Of a stretch of 64,000 nucleotides of DNA, positions 26,733 to 37,173 are shown piece after piece. The stretch is taken from positions 186,001-250,000 of IMG/VR virus record IMGVR_UViG_3300042308_001511. One strand, written 5' to 3'. Position 1 is the stretch's first letter. Every line of letters begins with the position of its first letter. Made by a program: the position numbers and the translations under genes. Below the pieces are notes generated by a model. It ran no database searches. It saw nothing but the letters and a program-made list of their open reading frames with translations, and was not told the origin of the DNA.

Positions 26733-27576
26733 TTATCAGAAAAATCTTTACGAAAAGTTTGAAAGATTCAGACCTAGTCCATCGTACCCTACGTATCCAC
26801 CTTATCATAAAGGTCTGTATCTCGAGGATTACTTTATAGAACGTTATTCTTCTGAAGATTTAGATGTTTCTAGGTATCTAATACCGGTATCTTGGACTAC
26901 TTGTTATGTTGAGAACAAAATAAATGGATTACAACAATTGATTGATTCACTCGATCGAACTAAAAAATACTTTACAGTTGCACAACATGATGATGCAATA
27001 CGTGAGATTTTACCTCCGGATACCTTATGTTTCAATGCTGGTGGTAATGGTGGTGGTGTACCTATTCCACTTATATGTTCGCCTATCTCTACAGAAGAAA
27101 TAGAAGATGTTGATAGGGACATATTCTGTTCTTTTGTTGGATCGATAACACATCCAATACGTTCGTATCTTTTACAATCACTTGGTAACAAAGAAGGATA
27201 TTATTTCTCTGCTAGGAATTGGACATCATCGGTTTCTGATGGTGAATTACAGAATTTTATCTCAATTACTAAGAGGAGTATATTTGCATTAGTTCCTAGA
27301 GGATATGGTAGAAGTTCTTTCAGACTTTATGAGGTTATGCAGCTGGATGCTATACCAGTTTTTGTTTATGATGAGCCGTGGTTTCCTTTTGAGGGTGATT
27401 TAGATTGGGACAGCTTCAGTGTTAGAGTACACGTTTCACAAATTGAAAAAATTGATCAGATATTAAAATCTATTGACGTTGATACTATCAATTCTATGAG
27501 ACGAAGTCTTAGTTCGGTTTGGTCTGAAAATTTTAATATGAATTCTGTTTATAAAATTATTTTAAGTAAGATATGA
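26725..27576 (+). CDS. Exostosin-like glycosyltransferase (GT47)
   Basis: FALVPRGYGRSSFRLYEVMQLDAIPV...PF motif. Confidence 0.8.
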   Translation: MDSYQKNLYEKFERFRPSPSYPTYPPYHKGLYLEDYFIERYSSEDLDVSRYLIPVSWTTCYVENKINGLQQLIDSLDRTKKYFTVAQHDDAIREILPPDTLCFNAGGNGGGVPIPLICSPISTEEIEDVDRDIFCSFVGSITHPIRSYLLQSLGNKEGYYFSARNWTSSVSDGELQNFISITKRSIFALVPRGYGRSSFRLYEVMQLDAIPVFVYDEPWFPFEGDLDWDSFSVRVHVSQIEKIDQILKSIDVDTINSMRRSLSSVWSENFNMNSVYKIILSKI

Positions 27577-28313
27577 AGGTAGCAATTATTATTATGGAAA
27601 CTAATCGTATTAGTACATTTGATACATTTTTCAGAAAGAGTCTACAGAATTATTGTGACGTAAACAAATATGAACTTATAGTTTTGGATAAGGCATTGGA
27701 TGGATGTGCGGATTCTGGTAAAAAGTTTTTCTGGCAAAGAATGTTATTACCTTCTGTTTATAACGAATATGATTATGTTATATCGATGGATTCGGATATT
27801 TACATAAGCCCTAATGCACCAGCAATACCATTTGATGAAATACCTGAAGGTAAGATTGCGGCGATTAATGAAAGAAAGTATTTTGGTAACTATGAATGGC
27901 GTGAAGGAGTACAGATTAAAAATGGGTGGGAGAAGACTGGAAGAGATTGGCATATGTTATCTGGATTTGATAGAAAATATAACGATCATATAAATGGTGG
28001 TTTGGTTGTATATCAACCTAAATATCATGCCGATATTTTCAAAAAGTTATATTATGATAATATTGAAAATTATATGAGATATCATCAAGATGATCAATCG
28101 ATAATATCTGTTTTCGGAATTGATAATAATTTGATACACTGGTTAGATGAGAGATTTAATAGAATATGGAGTTTCTGGAGAGATATAATGTACCCTGGTT
28201 TTGATTCACTTTCAGATGATTTGAAAAGAGTATATGTGAAAAACTTTATAGAATTGAATTATTTCACTCACTTCACTGGAAGGACTGATATACAATATTT
28301 ACCTAAATTATAA
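27573..28313 (+). CDS. GT-A glycosyltransferase (GT8-like)
   Basis: MDSDIY (DxD), INGGL, DQS, HFTG motifs. Confidence 0.7.
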   Translation: MKVAIIIMETNRISTFDTFFRKSLQNYCDVNKYELIVLDKALDGCADSGKKFFWQRMLLPSVYNEYDYVISMDSDIYISPNAPAIPFDEIPEGKIAAINERKYFGNYEWREGVQIKNGWEKTGRDWHMLSGFDRKYNDHINGGLVVYQPKYHADIFKKLYYDNIENYMRYHQDDQSIISVFGIDNNLIHWLDERFNRIWSFWRDIMYPGFDSLSDDLKRVYVKNFIELNYFTHFTGRTDIQYLPKL

Positions 28314-28325
28314 AAAATATGTAAA

Positions 28326-29009
28326 ATGAGAAAATGTCTGTGTATATCTGGTCAGATAAGAAGTTGGAATTTGGTAAAGAGTAATTGGTTTAAGAACTTT
28401 TTAGACATCAACGATGTTGATGTCTTTTGTCACTTTTGGCATAATTCTGACAATTCATATTATGTAACAAACAGAGGTAATGGTGTTATGGACGAATATG
28501 GTGATGTCCCAAGTGAACATCTTTTGGGAAGATATGGTGATTATGATATAAGTGATATACTAAATTCATTCAGACCTAAATCATTTCAAATAGAACATCC
28601 ATTAGATTCGAGCATACCTAATACAAACAGTATGTTTCATTCTATACAAAGATGTAACAATATAAAGAATAATTACGAGAAGGATCACAATTTTAAGTAT
28701 GATTTGGTTATAAGGTCAAGATTTGATTTACTTTTTACAGATCCGGTTGTTATTGAAGAAGTTAATATGAATACTTTATATGTTAAGAATAGACCCGGTG
28801 GTTGTGGTGGATTGAATGACTGGTTTGCTTATGGTGATTCTTATGTTATGGATTTGTATAGTAATATAATAAACTCTTTAGATAATTATAATTTGGAAGG
28901 TAATTGTGCGGAGGGTGTAATTGGGGAAGTTGTTGCCAATAATGGCTTAAGTGTTTCTTATTTATCTGATAGTTTTAGAATAATGAGAAATAATGGTCAT
29001 ATGGTATAA
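28326..29009 (+). CDS. Putative glycosyltransferase
   Basis: CISGQIR, DVFCHFW, YDLVIRSRFDL, NDWFAYG, E-G motif set common in phage glycan loci. Confidence 0.65.
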   Translation: MRKCLCISGQIRSWNLVKSNWFKNFLDINDVDVFCHFWHNSDNSYYVTNRGNGVMDEYGDVPSEHLLGRYGDYDISDILNSFRPKSFQIEHPLDSSIPNTNSMFHSIQRCNNIKNNYEKDHNFKYDLVIRSRFDLLFTDPVVIEEVNMNTLYVKNRPGGCGGLNDWFAYGDSYVMDLYSNIINSLDNYNLEGNCAEGVIGEVVANNGLSVSYLSDSFRIMRNNGHMV

Positions 29010-29025
29010 AAATAAAAAATAGAAT

Positions 29026-29697
29026 ATGATTAACATAAAAGATGTCTATGTCGTACATTATACGAAACTTGAGGAGAGACGTAGGAAAATAATTTCTCAA
29101 TTTGATGGTATTGTAGATAATATGGTTTATATAACAGATTATGACCAAGAAAATCTTAGTGATGAGGTTTTGGATAAATTCTACAAATATTCTGTTGATG
29201 ATTGGAATAGAAAAGTTTCTGACCTATGGGACCTTTATCAACATCAACCTAGAATACTTAACATAGCGGAAATATCATGTACGATAAAACATATAGAGGC
29301 TATCGATATGGTTGCGAAAAATGGTGATGCGCTAATAATAGAGGATGATTTGATAATAAAAGAAAACTTTGTCGAATATTTCAATTTTATGATAGAATCT
29401 TTGCCCGATGATTGGGATGTAATTATGGTTGGAACTGGATGTGAGATGACTGCTAAAATTGAAACCGGTAAAATACTTTATAAAATGCCACATCCTGCAA
29501 CTAGATGTCTTGACTCTTATCTAATAAGTCAGAGTGCTGCACAGAAGATTATTTCTACGATAAAACCTTTTCAATTAGTCTCGGACTGGGAGGTAGCGTA
29601 TCATATGTATTTACACAATCTTAATGTATATTGGCTTGAGCCATCACCTTGCTTCCAGGGTTCAGAAAAGGGAGTTTATAAATCAACACTTAGATAA
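29026..29697 (+). CDS. GT25 family glycosyltransferase
   Basis: ERRR, EISCTIKH, LIIEDD, SYLIS...A, D motifs. Confidence 0.75.
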   Translation: MINIKDVYVVHYTKLEERRRKIISQFDGIVDNMVYITDYDQENLSDEVLDKFYKYSVDDWNRKVSDLWDLYQHQPRILNIAEISCTIKHIEAIDMVAKNGDALIIEDDLIIKENFVEYFNFMIESLPDDWDVIMVGTGCEMTAKIETGKILYKMPHPATRCLDSYLISQSAAQKIISTIKPFQLVSDWEVAYHMYLHNLNVYWLEPSPCFQGSEKGVYKSTLR

Positions 29698-29698
29698 T

Positions 29699-30601
29699 AT
29701 GACAAAAATATCATTTTTAGATTTCTGGCACAATTTCGATGTGAACAACAATTTCTTCGTACATATGATGTCGAAGATTAAAGATAACGTTGTAGTTACA
29801 TCACCTAATGATTGTGATATATTATTCTTTTCATGTTATGGGGATTCTAACAATTTACCACAATTTAGAGATAAATATAGAATTTTTTACACTGGGGAGA
29901 ATTTGAGACCTGTATTCGACAATAATGCAATTAGGAATTATAACACTTTCACAGGTAGATGTGACCTTGCACTATCCTTCGACTATGAAGATTATGACGG
30001 TAGAAACATTCGTTTACCTTTGTGGTTATTACAGATAGATTGGTTCGAAAAAGTTAGTTTTGTAAATCCGAAGTTTATGATTCCATATAACGAGATATAC
30101 GATAATAGATTTTCAAATAAACCAAAAGATAAATTCTGTTGTATGGTTTTTAATTCGAATTCACCACATAGATATGAGATTCTTGAAGAATTGTCTAAAT
30201 ACAAACAGGTTGATTGTTATGGACAACCTTTCGGTAACTGGTTCGATGGTGAGGATATGAAACTTGATGTGATATCAAATTATAAATTTAATATCTGCTT
30301 TGAGAATTCTGTTACTAAAGGGTATTATACGGAGAAACCTATACATGCCAAGTTGGCAGGATGTGTTCCTGTGTATTGGTCTGATAAAAGTCTATCACTG
30401 GATATGAACTACGATGCATTCATAAACCTTTCCGACTTCGGAGGTGTCAGAGAACTTGTGGATTATATTATTGATTTGGATAACAATCAACAGAAGTATG
30501 ATGATATTAAGAACCAACGTATTTTCGATGATAATCAGGACCCTAAAAAATTATTCGATAATATAATGTCAAAGATGAATGAAAAAATAAGTGTATTGTA
30601 A
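29699..30601 (+). CDS. GT10 family fucosyltransferase-like protein
   Basis: YTGEN, YKFNICFENS...GYYTEK...G-VPVYW (GT10 motif). Start ATG 29699. Confidence 0.85.
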   Translation: MTKISFLDFWHNFDVNNNFFVHMMSKIKDNVVVTSPNDCDILFFSCYGDSNNLPQFRDKYRIFYTGENLRPVFDNNAIRNYNTFTGRCDLALSFDYEDYDGRNIRLPLWLLQIDWFEKVSFVNPKFMIPYNEIYDNRFSNKPKDKFCCMVFNSNSPHRYEILEELSKYKQVDCYGQPFGNWFDGEDMKLDVISNYKFNICFENSVTKGYYTEKPIHAKLAGCVPVYWSDKSLSLDMNYDAFINLSDFGGVRELVDYIIDLDNNQQKYDDIKNQRIFDDNQDPKKLFDNIMSKMNEKISVL

Positions 30602-31170
30602 TGAAAAGAAAAGTTTATTTAGATATAGGTGGTAATAAAGGACAGGGACTTCGTAAATTTATGGCGATGTACCAAATGGATGAATCTTGGACAATAGAAA
30701 CTTTTGAACCAGAAATTCTATGTGATTTAGAAAATTGTATATCTGATATAAAAAATGTAAAAGTCAATAAAGTTGCAGTTTGGACACACACTGGAAAGGT
30801 GACTTTTTCCAGATATGAAAAAAATTTAGAAGGTGGTTCTGTAGAATGTCTTATGTCTGAGGGTTATTGTTCTGATCCTGGTAGTGAAGGATATAGGGCA
30901 CATGATAATAAAATAGACGTCGATTGTATCGATATATCCGAACTATTGAAAAATTATGACAATGATGATTTTATAGTTGTTAAGATGGACGTAGAGGGTG
31001 CGGAATTTGATATACTCCGAAAAATATTGTCAGATAAAACTATATGTAAAATTGATGACCTCTATGTTGAGTTTCACACTAATCATGTTAAGAATGAGAA
31101 TCAATATTCTGTCTATGAAATAAAAAGACAAATCGTAAATTTAGGAATTCGATTCTTTGAATGGTATTAA
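30601..31170 (+). CDS. FkbM family methyltransferase
   Basis: LDIGGNKG, FEP, VAVW, VKMDVEGAEF. Confidence 0.85.
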   Translation: MKRKVYLDIGGNKGQGLRKFMAMYQMDESWTIETFEPEILCDLENCISDIKNVKVNKVAVWTHTGKVTFSRYEKNLEGGSVECLMSEGYCSDPGSEGYRAHDNKIDVDCIDISELLKNYDNDDFIVVKMDVEGAEFDILRKILSDKTICKIDDLYVEFHTNHVKNENQYSVYEIKRQIVNLGIRFFEWY

Positions 31171-31227
31171 ACAAAACATTCTTTATTTATAGAACGAATA
31201 CTAATTTCTAAAAAAATAAAAAAAAAT

Positions 31228-31938
31228 ATGGATTATAAAGTAAATCTAAAAAAAATGAATTTAGAAATATCTAACCCTTTCGAAAATTGGAAAGCAGTTA
31301 ATAACGAGTATTTCGTTCTATCAGAAAATGGTATAATTCAGCCATACGAATATGTTCTTAATCTTTTAGGTAAACCAAGTGGATTATTCTACGTTGATAT
31401 AGGTGCACATGATGGATTATCCTGTTCCAATTCTGCATATATGGAGTTTTTATTAGGGTGGGATGGTATCTGTATTGAACCTCATCCTGAATTGTTTTCA
31501 CTTTTAGAGGAGAGTAGATCTTGTAAATTATACAATTGTTGTATAAGTGATGTTGACGAGTTTATGGACTTTGTGGTCATAAGTGGTGATGGTGATGCAT
31601 TAAGTGGAATACTTTCAAATATGGACGACGAACATAAAAAAAGATATCAGGAACATGTTGTTAAATTTGGCGGAGGATTTGAAGTTAAGAAGATTATGTC
31701 TAAGACTTTAAATTCAATTCTTGATGAAAATTCGGTTTCGAAAATTGATTATTTATCAATTGATACAGAAGGATCTGAGTATAAAATAATTACTTCTATT
31801 GATTATGATAGATTTGATATAACGGTTATAAGTGCAGAAAACAACACAGGTGATTCGAGTGTTAGAGACTTTCTCGAAAGTAAAGGATATGAATACGTTA
31901 CAAAGTGTTGTTCTGATGAAATTTTTATAAAGAGATGA
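31228..31938 (+). CDS. FkbM family methyltransferase
   Basis: VDIGAHDG, IEPHP, IDYLSIDTEGSE. Confidence 0.88.
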   Translation: MDYKVNLKKMNLEISNPFENWKAVNNEYFVLSENGIIQPYEYVLNLLGKPSGLFYVDIGAHDGLSCSNSAYMEFLLGWDGICIEPHPELFSLLEESRSCKLYNCCISDVDEFMDFVVISGDGDALSGILSNMDDEHKKRYQEHVVKFGGGFEVKKIMSKTLNSILDENSVSKIDYLSIDTEGSEYKIITSIDYDRFDITVISAENNTGDSSVRDFLESKGYEYVTKCCSDEIFIKR

Positions 31939-33008
31939 GAATTGCATTTTGTAAGTTCGCGGGTTTGGCTAATGGTGGTGTTGAGAAATATCTACAGACT
32001 ATAGCATTGATATACAAAAAAAACGGACATGAAGTTGATTATTACTACACAAACGCAGCACCAATAACAAGTAGTGGTTGGGTTCATCCTGATAATGATA
32101 CTGGAAGAAAAAACTTAATGATTGAAAATGGTATAAATTTGATACCAGTTCACGTTGATTCGAGACATCATAACGAATGGATTGGTACTGATTTTTTTGA
32201 TAAGTTTGATGAATCTAAATATGACCTTCTTATGATTGGTGGTAATGGTGAATCTGAATTCCCATATAATAGGTTGCACAATATAAAAATTATACATACT
32301 GTGCATGGTGACCATCTATTCAATCAATCAAATGTTGTTAAGTATGTTCTTTTGTGTAATTGGCAGGCTAAAAGATGGTTGGATAATGGTGGAGATGGTT
32401 CTAAATTGAATATAATACCTACGGTTGTATATGTTCCTGAACAACATTCTAAATCAATGCGAGAAATTTACGGAATACCTAAAGATGCTTTTGTTTATGG
32501 TCTACACCAAAGAAACGATCTTACTATATCATCGACATTAGTTTTGGATGCATTTTCTCGTTTGGTTGAAGATGGTGTTTACTTTGCACTTCTAGGTGGA
32601 ACAGAAATTCATAAAAATTATGTGAGAGAGAATGGAATCAAAAATGTTATTTTTTGTGACTATACATCAGACGTTAATGAAATTCATAGTTTTTTAGACG
32701 GATTAGATGTTTATACTCATTGTAGAATCGATGGTGAAGTTTGTTCCGCTGCTATTATAGAAGCTATGTCACATTACAAACCAATTATTTCCTATCCAGG
32801 ACATAATATGGGTCATGCTGAACAAATAGACGGATGTGGAATTATGACATATTCGTTGGAACAATATACTGATGCTATGATTAAACTTAGAACAGATTAT
32901 AATTTTTATGATGAACTTTCGCAGAAGACAAAGGAAAAATATCATAGTTTATATGATTTTAGGTTAGTAGAAAATAAGATAATTAGTCTTCTTAATAATA
33001 TTCTATAA
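31935..33008 (+). CDS. GT4 (GT-B) glycosyltransferase
   Basis: GGVE N-terminus, HTVH, GEVCSAAIIEAM (EX7E-like), KPII. Confidence 0.8.
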   Translation: MRIAFCKFAGLANGGVEKYLQTIALIYKKNGHEVDYYYTNAAPITSSGWVHPDNDTGRKNLMIENGINLIPVHVDSRHHNEWIGTDFFDKFDESKYDLLMIGGNGESEFPYNRLHNIKIIHTVHGDHLFNQSNVVKYVLLCNWQAKRWLDNGGDGSKLNIIPTVVYVPEQHSKSMREIYGIPKDAFVYGLHQRNDLTISSTLVLDAFSRLVEDGVYFALLGGTEIHKNYVRENGIKNVIFCDYTSDVNEIHSFLDGLDVYTHCRIDGEVCSAAIIEAMSHYKPIISYPGHNMGHAEQIDGCGIMTYSLEQYTDAMIKLRTDYNFYDELSQKTKEKYHSLYDFRLVENKIISLLNNIL

Positions 33009-33015
33009 AATAGAA

Positions 33016-33969
33016 ATGATAATAACAACAACTTGTCCACTTAGGATATCTTTAGTAGGTGGATCAACCGATCATCCACATTACCTTGACAAATACGGTG
33101 TTGGTAGTGTTATAAGTTTTCCGTGTAATCTTAAGACCTATATAACTATACATAAAGACGTTTTTGGAATAAATTCTATTGGTAAAAGATTCATACTTAA
33201 CTACTCCGTTAGAGAAGAGGTTGATACTATTGAAGAGATAAAAAACGAACTTATTAAGAATTGTTTTGATAGATTGGACGTATCACACATAAATCTTTTC
33301 CTTACTTCCGATGTTTATTCAAGTGGTTCTGGTTTAGCTACCTCCTCTGCATATCTTATGGCATTGATAAAATCTATATATGTTATGAGAGATCAGAATA
33401 TAACAGAAAGTGAGATATGTAAAATTGCTATGAGTATAGAGAAAACTTTTAATCCTCTTGTTGGACAACAAGATTTTTATGGAAGTATGGGAGGTTTTAA
33501 AAGAATAAATTTTCACAAAAATGAATCTCCGAGTATAAAGTATCTGGATACTAAAATATTTGATGATATGGATATGTATTTGATATACACTGGTATCGCT
33601 CGAAACTCAACTGATATATTGAAGACTGTCAACATAGATAATAGTAAATATTTGATTGAGGAAGTGGAGAAATTAGAGAGTGCAATTAATACTTCTAATT
33701 TTAGTTTATTTCATGATACAATCAGAACTGCATGGGAGAAAAAGAAAAACATATCAACGGATATTTGTTCAAATAAATATTTGATAGAACTGGATAATAA
33801 AATAGAGAGTGATAAAAACATATTATCACATAAATTATTGGGCGCGGGAAATGGTGGATACTTCCTTATTTTCACAAAAAAAGAAAAAGAAATTGAAATA
33901 TCAAAAACTTATCCGAATTCCAAAAAAATAAGTATATCAGATAGAGGAATATCATATAATAAAATTTAG
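33016..33969 (+). CDS. GHMP-family sugar kinase (HddA-like heptose-7-phosphate kinase)
   Basis: PLRISLVGGSTD, GSGLATSSA, GQQDFY, LLGAGNGGY. Confidence 0.85.
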   Translation: MIITTTCPLRISLVGGSTDHPHYLDKYGVGSVISFPCNLKTYITIHKDVFGINSIGKRFILNYSVREEVDTIEEIKNELIKNCFDRLDVSHINLFLTSDVYSSGSGLATSSAYLMALIKSIYVMRDQNITESEICKIAMSIEKTFNPLVGQQDFYGSMGGFKRINFHKNESPSIKYLDTKIFDDMDMYLIYTGIARNSTDILKTVNIDNSKYLIEEVEKLESAINTSNFSLFHDTIRTAWEKKKNISTDICSNKYLIELDNKIESDKNILSHKLLGAGNGGYFLIFTKKEKEIEISKTYPNSKKISISDRGISYNKI

Positions 33970-33971
33970 GA

Positions 33972-34469
33972 ATGGACTTATTAGAATTACAGAGTTGTAT
34001 AAATAATATAGATTTAGTAAAAATTTCAGATTTGAATAGAATCGTATTATCACATAAATCAATATTAATTCTCGGAAATGGTGGTAGTAACTCAGTTGCT
34101 TCTCACATTTCACAGGACTATAGTAAGAAGCTTGGAATAAAATCACTCTCTTTCTCAGATCCATCACGACTGACATGTTACATAAATGACTATGGTATGG
34201 AATGGGCATATATAAAGTTCGTAGAGGATTTTTATGTAGATGAAACACTCGTTATTTTAATATCATCATCTGGAAATTCTAAAAATATAACGAATTTGGC
34301 AGATTATTGTGTAGCTAATTCTATAGACTTCATAACATTGTCGGGTTTTTCGAAAGAAAACAATCTTAACTCTTATTCGGACAAAGCGGTGTTGAGTTTT
34401 TGGGTGGATAGTTGTGATTATGGTGTCGTTGAAATAACACATGAGTCTATTTTACATTCAATTGTGTAA
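33972..34469 (+). CDS. SIS-domain phosphosugar isomerase (GmhA-like)
   Basis: GNGGSNSVASH, ISSSGNSKNI, N-L, YGVVE motifs. Confidence 0.85.
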   Translation: MDLLELQSCINNIDLVKISDLNRIVLSHKSILILGNGGSNSVASHISQDYSKKLGIKSLSFSDPSRLTCYINDYGMEWAYIKFVEDFYVDETLVILISSSGNSKNITNLADYCVANSIDFITLSGFSKENNLNSYSDKAVLSFWVDSCDYGVVEITHESILHSIV

Positions 34470-34490
34470 AAAAAAATAAAAATAAATAAA

Positions 34491-35114
34491 ATGAGAGTAA
34501 TAACAAATTATCCTGTTGCGATAGATTCACCAGATCACATTTTCCCATTTGGGACAGCAGAAAATAACACAACCGATTTAGGTTTTATTGATGAAATAGA
34601 AAATTATTTTGGAGGTAATAAAATAAAAACTTTAGATGTTGGCTGTGCTGGTGGACAATTAACAGTTGACTTTCATAATAGAGGACATTTGGCAATTGGG
34701 ATAGAGGGTAGTGATTATTCGGTAATCACCAGAAGAGCTAATTGGCCAAATTATTACGATAATATCTTATTCACATGTGATGCGACAAAACCTTACGAAA
34801 TTGTTGATGATAATGATAATAGAATTATTTTCGATTTGATAACATCGTGGGAGGTAGTAGAACACATACATAATGATGATTTATCTAATTTCTTTTCTAA
34901 TATGACTGAACATATGAATGAAAATTCCATTTTTTGTGCAAGTATTGCACCGGTACCCGATGTTCAACAGGGTCATATTTTACATCAGTCGGTTCATTCT
35001 AAGGAAGTATGGATGTCTGAAATATTACCAAAATACTTCTCTGATATTAAGGAACTTCCATTTAATAACAAAGTTAGATATGGTTCTAGCTTTCATGTAA
35101 TGTGTAAAAAATAG
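34491..35114 (+). CDS. Class I SAM-dependent methyltransferase
   Basis: LDVGCAGG, FDLITSWEVVEH. Confidence 0.85.
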   Translation: MRVITNYPVAIDSPDHIFPFGTAENNTTDLGFIDEIENYFGGNKIKTLDVGCAGGQLTVDFHNRGHLAIGIEGSDYSVITRRANWPNYYDNILFTCDATKPYEIVDDNDNRIIFDLITSWEVVEHIHNDDLSNFFSNMTEHMNENSIFCASIAPVPDVQQGHILHQSVHSKEVWMSEILPKYFSDIKELPFNNKVRYGSSFHVMCKK

Positions 35115-35135
35115 TACATAAATAAAATATTTTTT

Positions 35136-36044
35136 ATGAAAGTAATTGTTACGGGTGGTTGTGGTTTTATCGGTAGTCATATAGTCGATAAATTAGTTGA
35201 GATGTGTTATGATGTCATTGTAATTGATGATTTGTCTGCTTCTGAGAATGAGAAATTTTACTTCAATGATTCTGCCACTTATCATAAGTTAGATATATCA
35301 AACTTTGAAGATATAGAACCATTTTTTGAGGGTGTTGACTATGTTTTCCACCTTGCTGCGGAGTCACGTATACAACCTGCGATAAAAAACCCATCGAGAG
35401 CTTATAAAGTAAATGTAATAGGTACTCTAAATATATTGGAATCTTCGAAAAAACATAATATTAAAAGAGTTATTTATTCTTCTACTTCTTCGGTTTATGG
35501 TCTTAGTTGTGAATTACCTACCAAAGAGACTGAGAGTATAGATTGTCTAAATCCTTACTCTCACTCTAAATTCCAAGGAGAGGAACTATTTCGACAATAC
35601 TACAAAATGTACGGTCTCGATAGTGTAATATTCAGATATTTCAACGTATTTGGAGAGAGATCACCAGTTAAAGGACAATATGCACCTGTTGTTGGTATAT
35701 TTATTAATCAGATGAAACAAAGTAAACCGTTAACAATTGTCAGTGATGGATTAAGAAAAAGAGATTTTATTTACGTCGGTGATATAGTAGATGTAAATGT
35801 TTCTGGTATATTTTATGATGGTGTTATAGGTGCATCTACTTTCAATATAGGTTCTGGTGAGAATATTAGTATTTATGATATTGCCAGAATTATATCGGAT
35901 AATTGTATTCATCTGGAGGATAGACCTGGTGAGGCAGATAATACACTTGCTAACATATCTAAAGCTAAAGAAGTTTTAGGATTTAGTCCTAAAACTGATG
36001 TTACAAATTGGATAATAAATAATATTAATAATATTAATAAATGA
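35136..36044 (+). CDS. NAD-dependent epimerase/dehydratase (extended SDR)
   Basis: TGGCGFIGSH, HLAA, YSHSK (YxxxK), RYFNVFG, RDFIYV. Confidence 0.92.
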   Translation: MKVIVTGGCGFIGSHIVDKLVEMCYDVIVIDDLSASENEKFYFNDSATYHKLDISNFEDIEPFFEGVDYVFHLAAESRIQPAIKNPSRAYKVNVIGTLNILESSKKHNIKRVIYSSTSSVYGLSCELPTKETESIDCLNPYSHSKFQGEELFRQYYKMYGLDSVIFRYFNVFGERSPVKGQYAPVVGIFINQMKQSKPLTIVSDGLRKRDFIYVGDIVDVNVSGIFYDGVIGASTFNIGSGENISIYDIARIISDNCIHLEDRPGEADNTLANISKAKEVLGFSPKTDVTNWIINNINNINK

Positions 36045-37144
36045 AAGTTGCTATAATAACTGGTTCATCGGGTCTTATTGGTTCCCAGGCTTCTAATTTT
36101 TTACATAAAAAGGGATACAGAGTCATAGGTTTAGATAATGATATGAGATCCTATTTTTTTGGAAAATCTGCATCTACTATAAATTCCACTAAAGTTTTAA
36201 GTAGAGACTTAGAAAACTATTTACATTATTCTGTTGATATAAGAGATTACGTAGAGTTGGAGAAAATATTTAAAGAGTATTCTTCTGATATAGATATAGT
36301 TATACATACTGCAGCACAACCATCTCACGATTGGGCGGCCAAAGAACCTCTGACTGATTTCGGAATAAATGCGGTTGGTACTATGAATTTACTCGAGTTG
36401 ACGAGACTCTACTGTAAGGATGCGACATTTATATTCACATCGACAAACAAAGTATATGGAGATAGACCAAACTATCTGAATCTTATTGAGACTGATAGTA
36501 GGTTTGACATAGACCAGGATAGTTACAATTATGTAGAAAGAGACTATTTCTTCGACGGAATAGGATTGGATGGTAGTATAAATGAGTTTATGTCTATTGA
36601 TAATACTAAACACTCTGTATTTGGTGCATCAAAGGTTGCTGCGGATGTGATGTGTCAGGAATATGGAAAGTATTTCGATATGAATGTAGGAATTTTCAGA
36701 GGAGGATGTCTTACAGGTCCCAACCATGCGGGTGCTGAATTACATGGTTTTCTTTCCTATTTGGTTAAGTGTATTGTGAATGATTTACCATACACTATAC
36801 ATGGTTACAAAGGAAAACAGGTTAGAGACAATATACATTCATCTGACCTTGTAAATATGTTCTGGCAATTTCATCTGAAACCTAAGAAGGGTGAGGTTTA
36901 TAACGTAGGTGGTGGTAGACAAAACTCAACATCTATAATAGAGGCAATATCAACAATAAACAATATTGCGGAAACAAACTGGTCGAAATGGACACTGAGT
37001 GGTGAGAATCGTATTGGTGATCACATTTGGTATATAACTGACTTATCTAAGTTCAAAAAAGATTATCCTGATTGGGAAATTGAAATTGGATTGGAAGAAA
37101 CTATACGACAGATGGTCGAATTTGAAAAACAAAGTCGTGATTGA
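36041..37144 (+). CDS. NAD-dependent epimerase (CDP-paratose 2-epimerase-like)
   Basis: TGSSGLIG, AAQPSHD, STNKVYG, FGASK, GKQVRDNIH. Confidence 0.88.
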   Translation: MKVAIITGSSGLIGSQASNFLHKKGYRVIGLDNDMRSYFFGKSASTINSTKVLSRDLENYLHYSVDIRDYVELEKIFKEYSSDIDIVIHTAAQPSHDWAAKEPLTDFGINAVGTMNLLELTRLYCKDATFIFTSTNKVYGDRPNYLNLIETDSRFDIDQDSYNYVERDYFFDGIGLDGSINEFMSIDNTKHSVFGASKVAADVMCQEYGKYFDMNVGIFRGGCLTGPNHAGAELHGFLSYLVKCIVNDLPYTIHGYKGKQVRDNIHSSDLVNMFWQFHLKPKKGEVYNVGGGRQNSTSIIEAISTINNIAETNWSKWTLSGENRIGDHIWYITDLSKFKKDYPDWEIEIGLEETIRQMVEFEKQSRD

Positions 37145-37173
37145 ATTCATATAAAATAAAAAAAATATATTAA

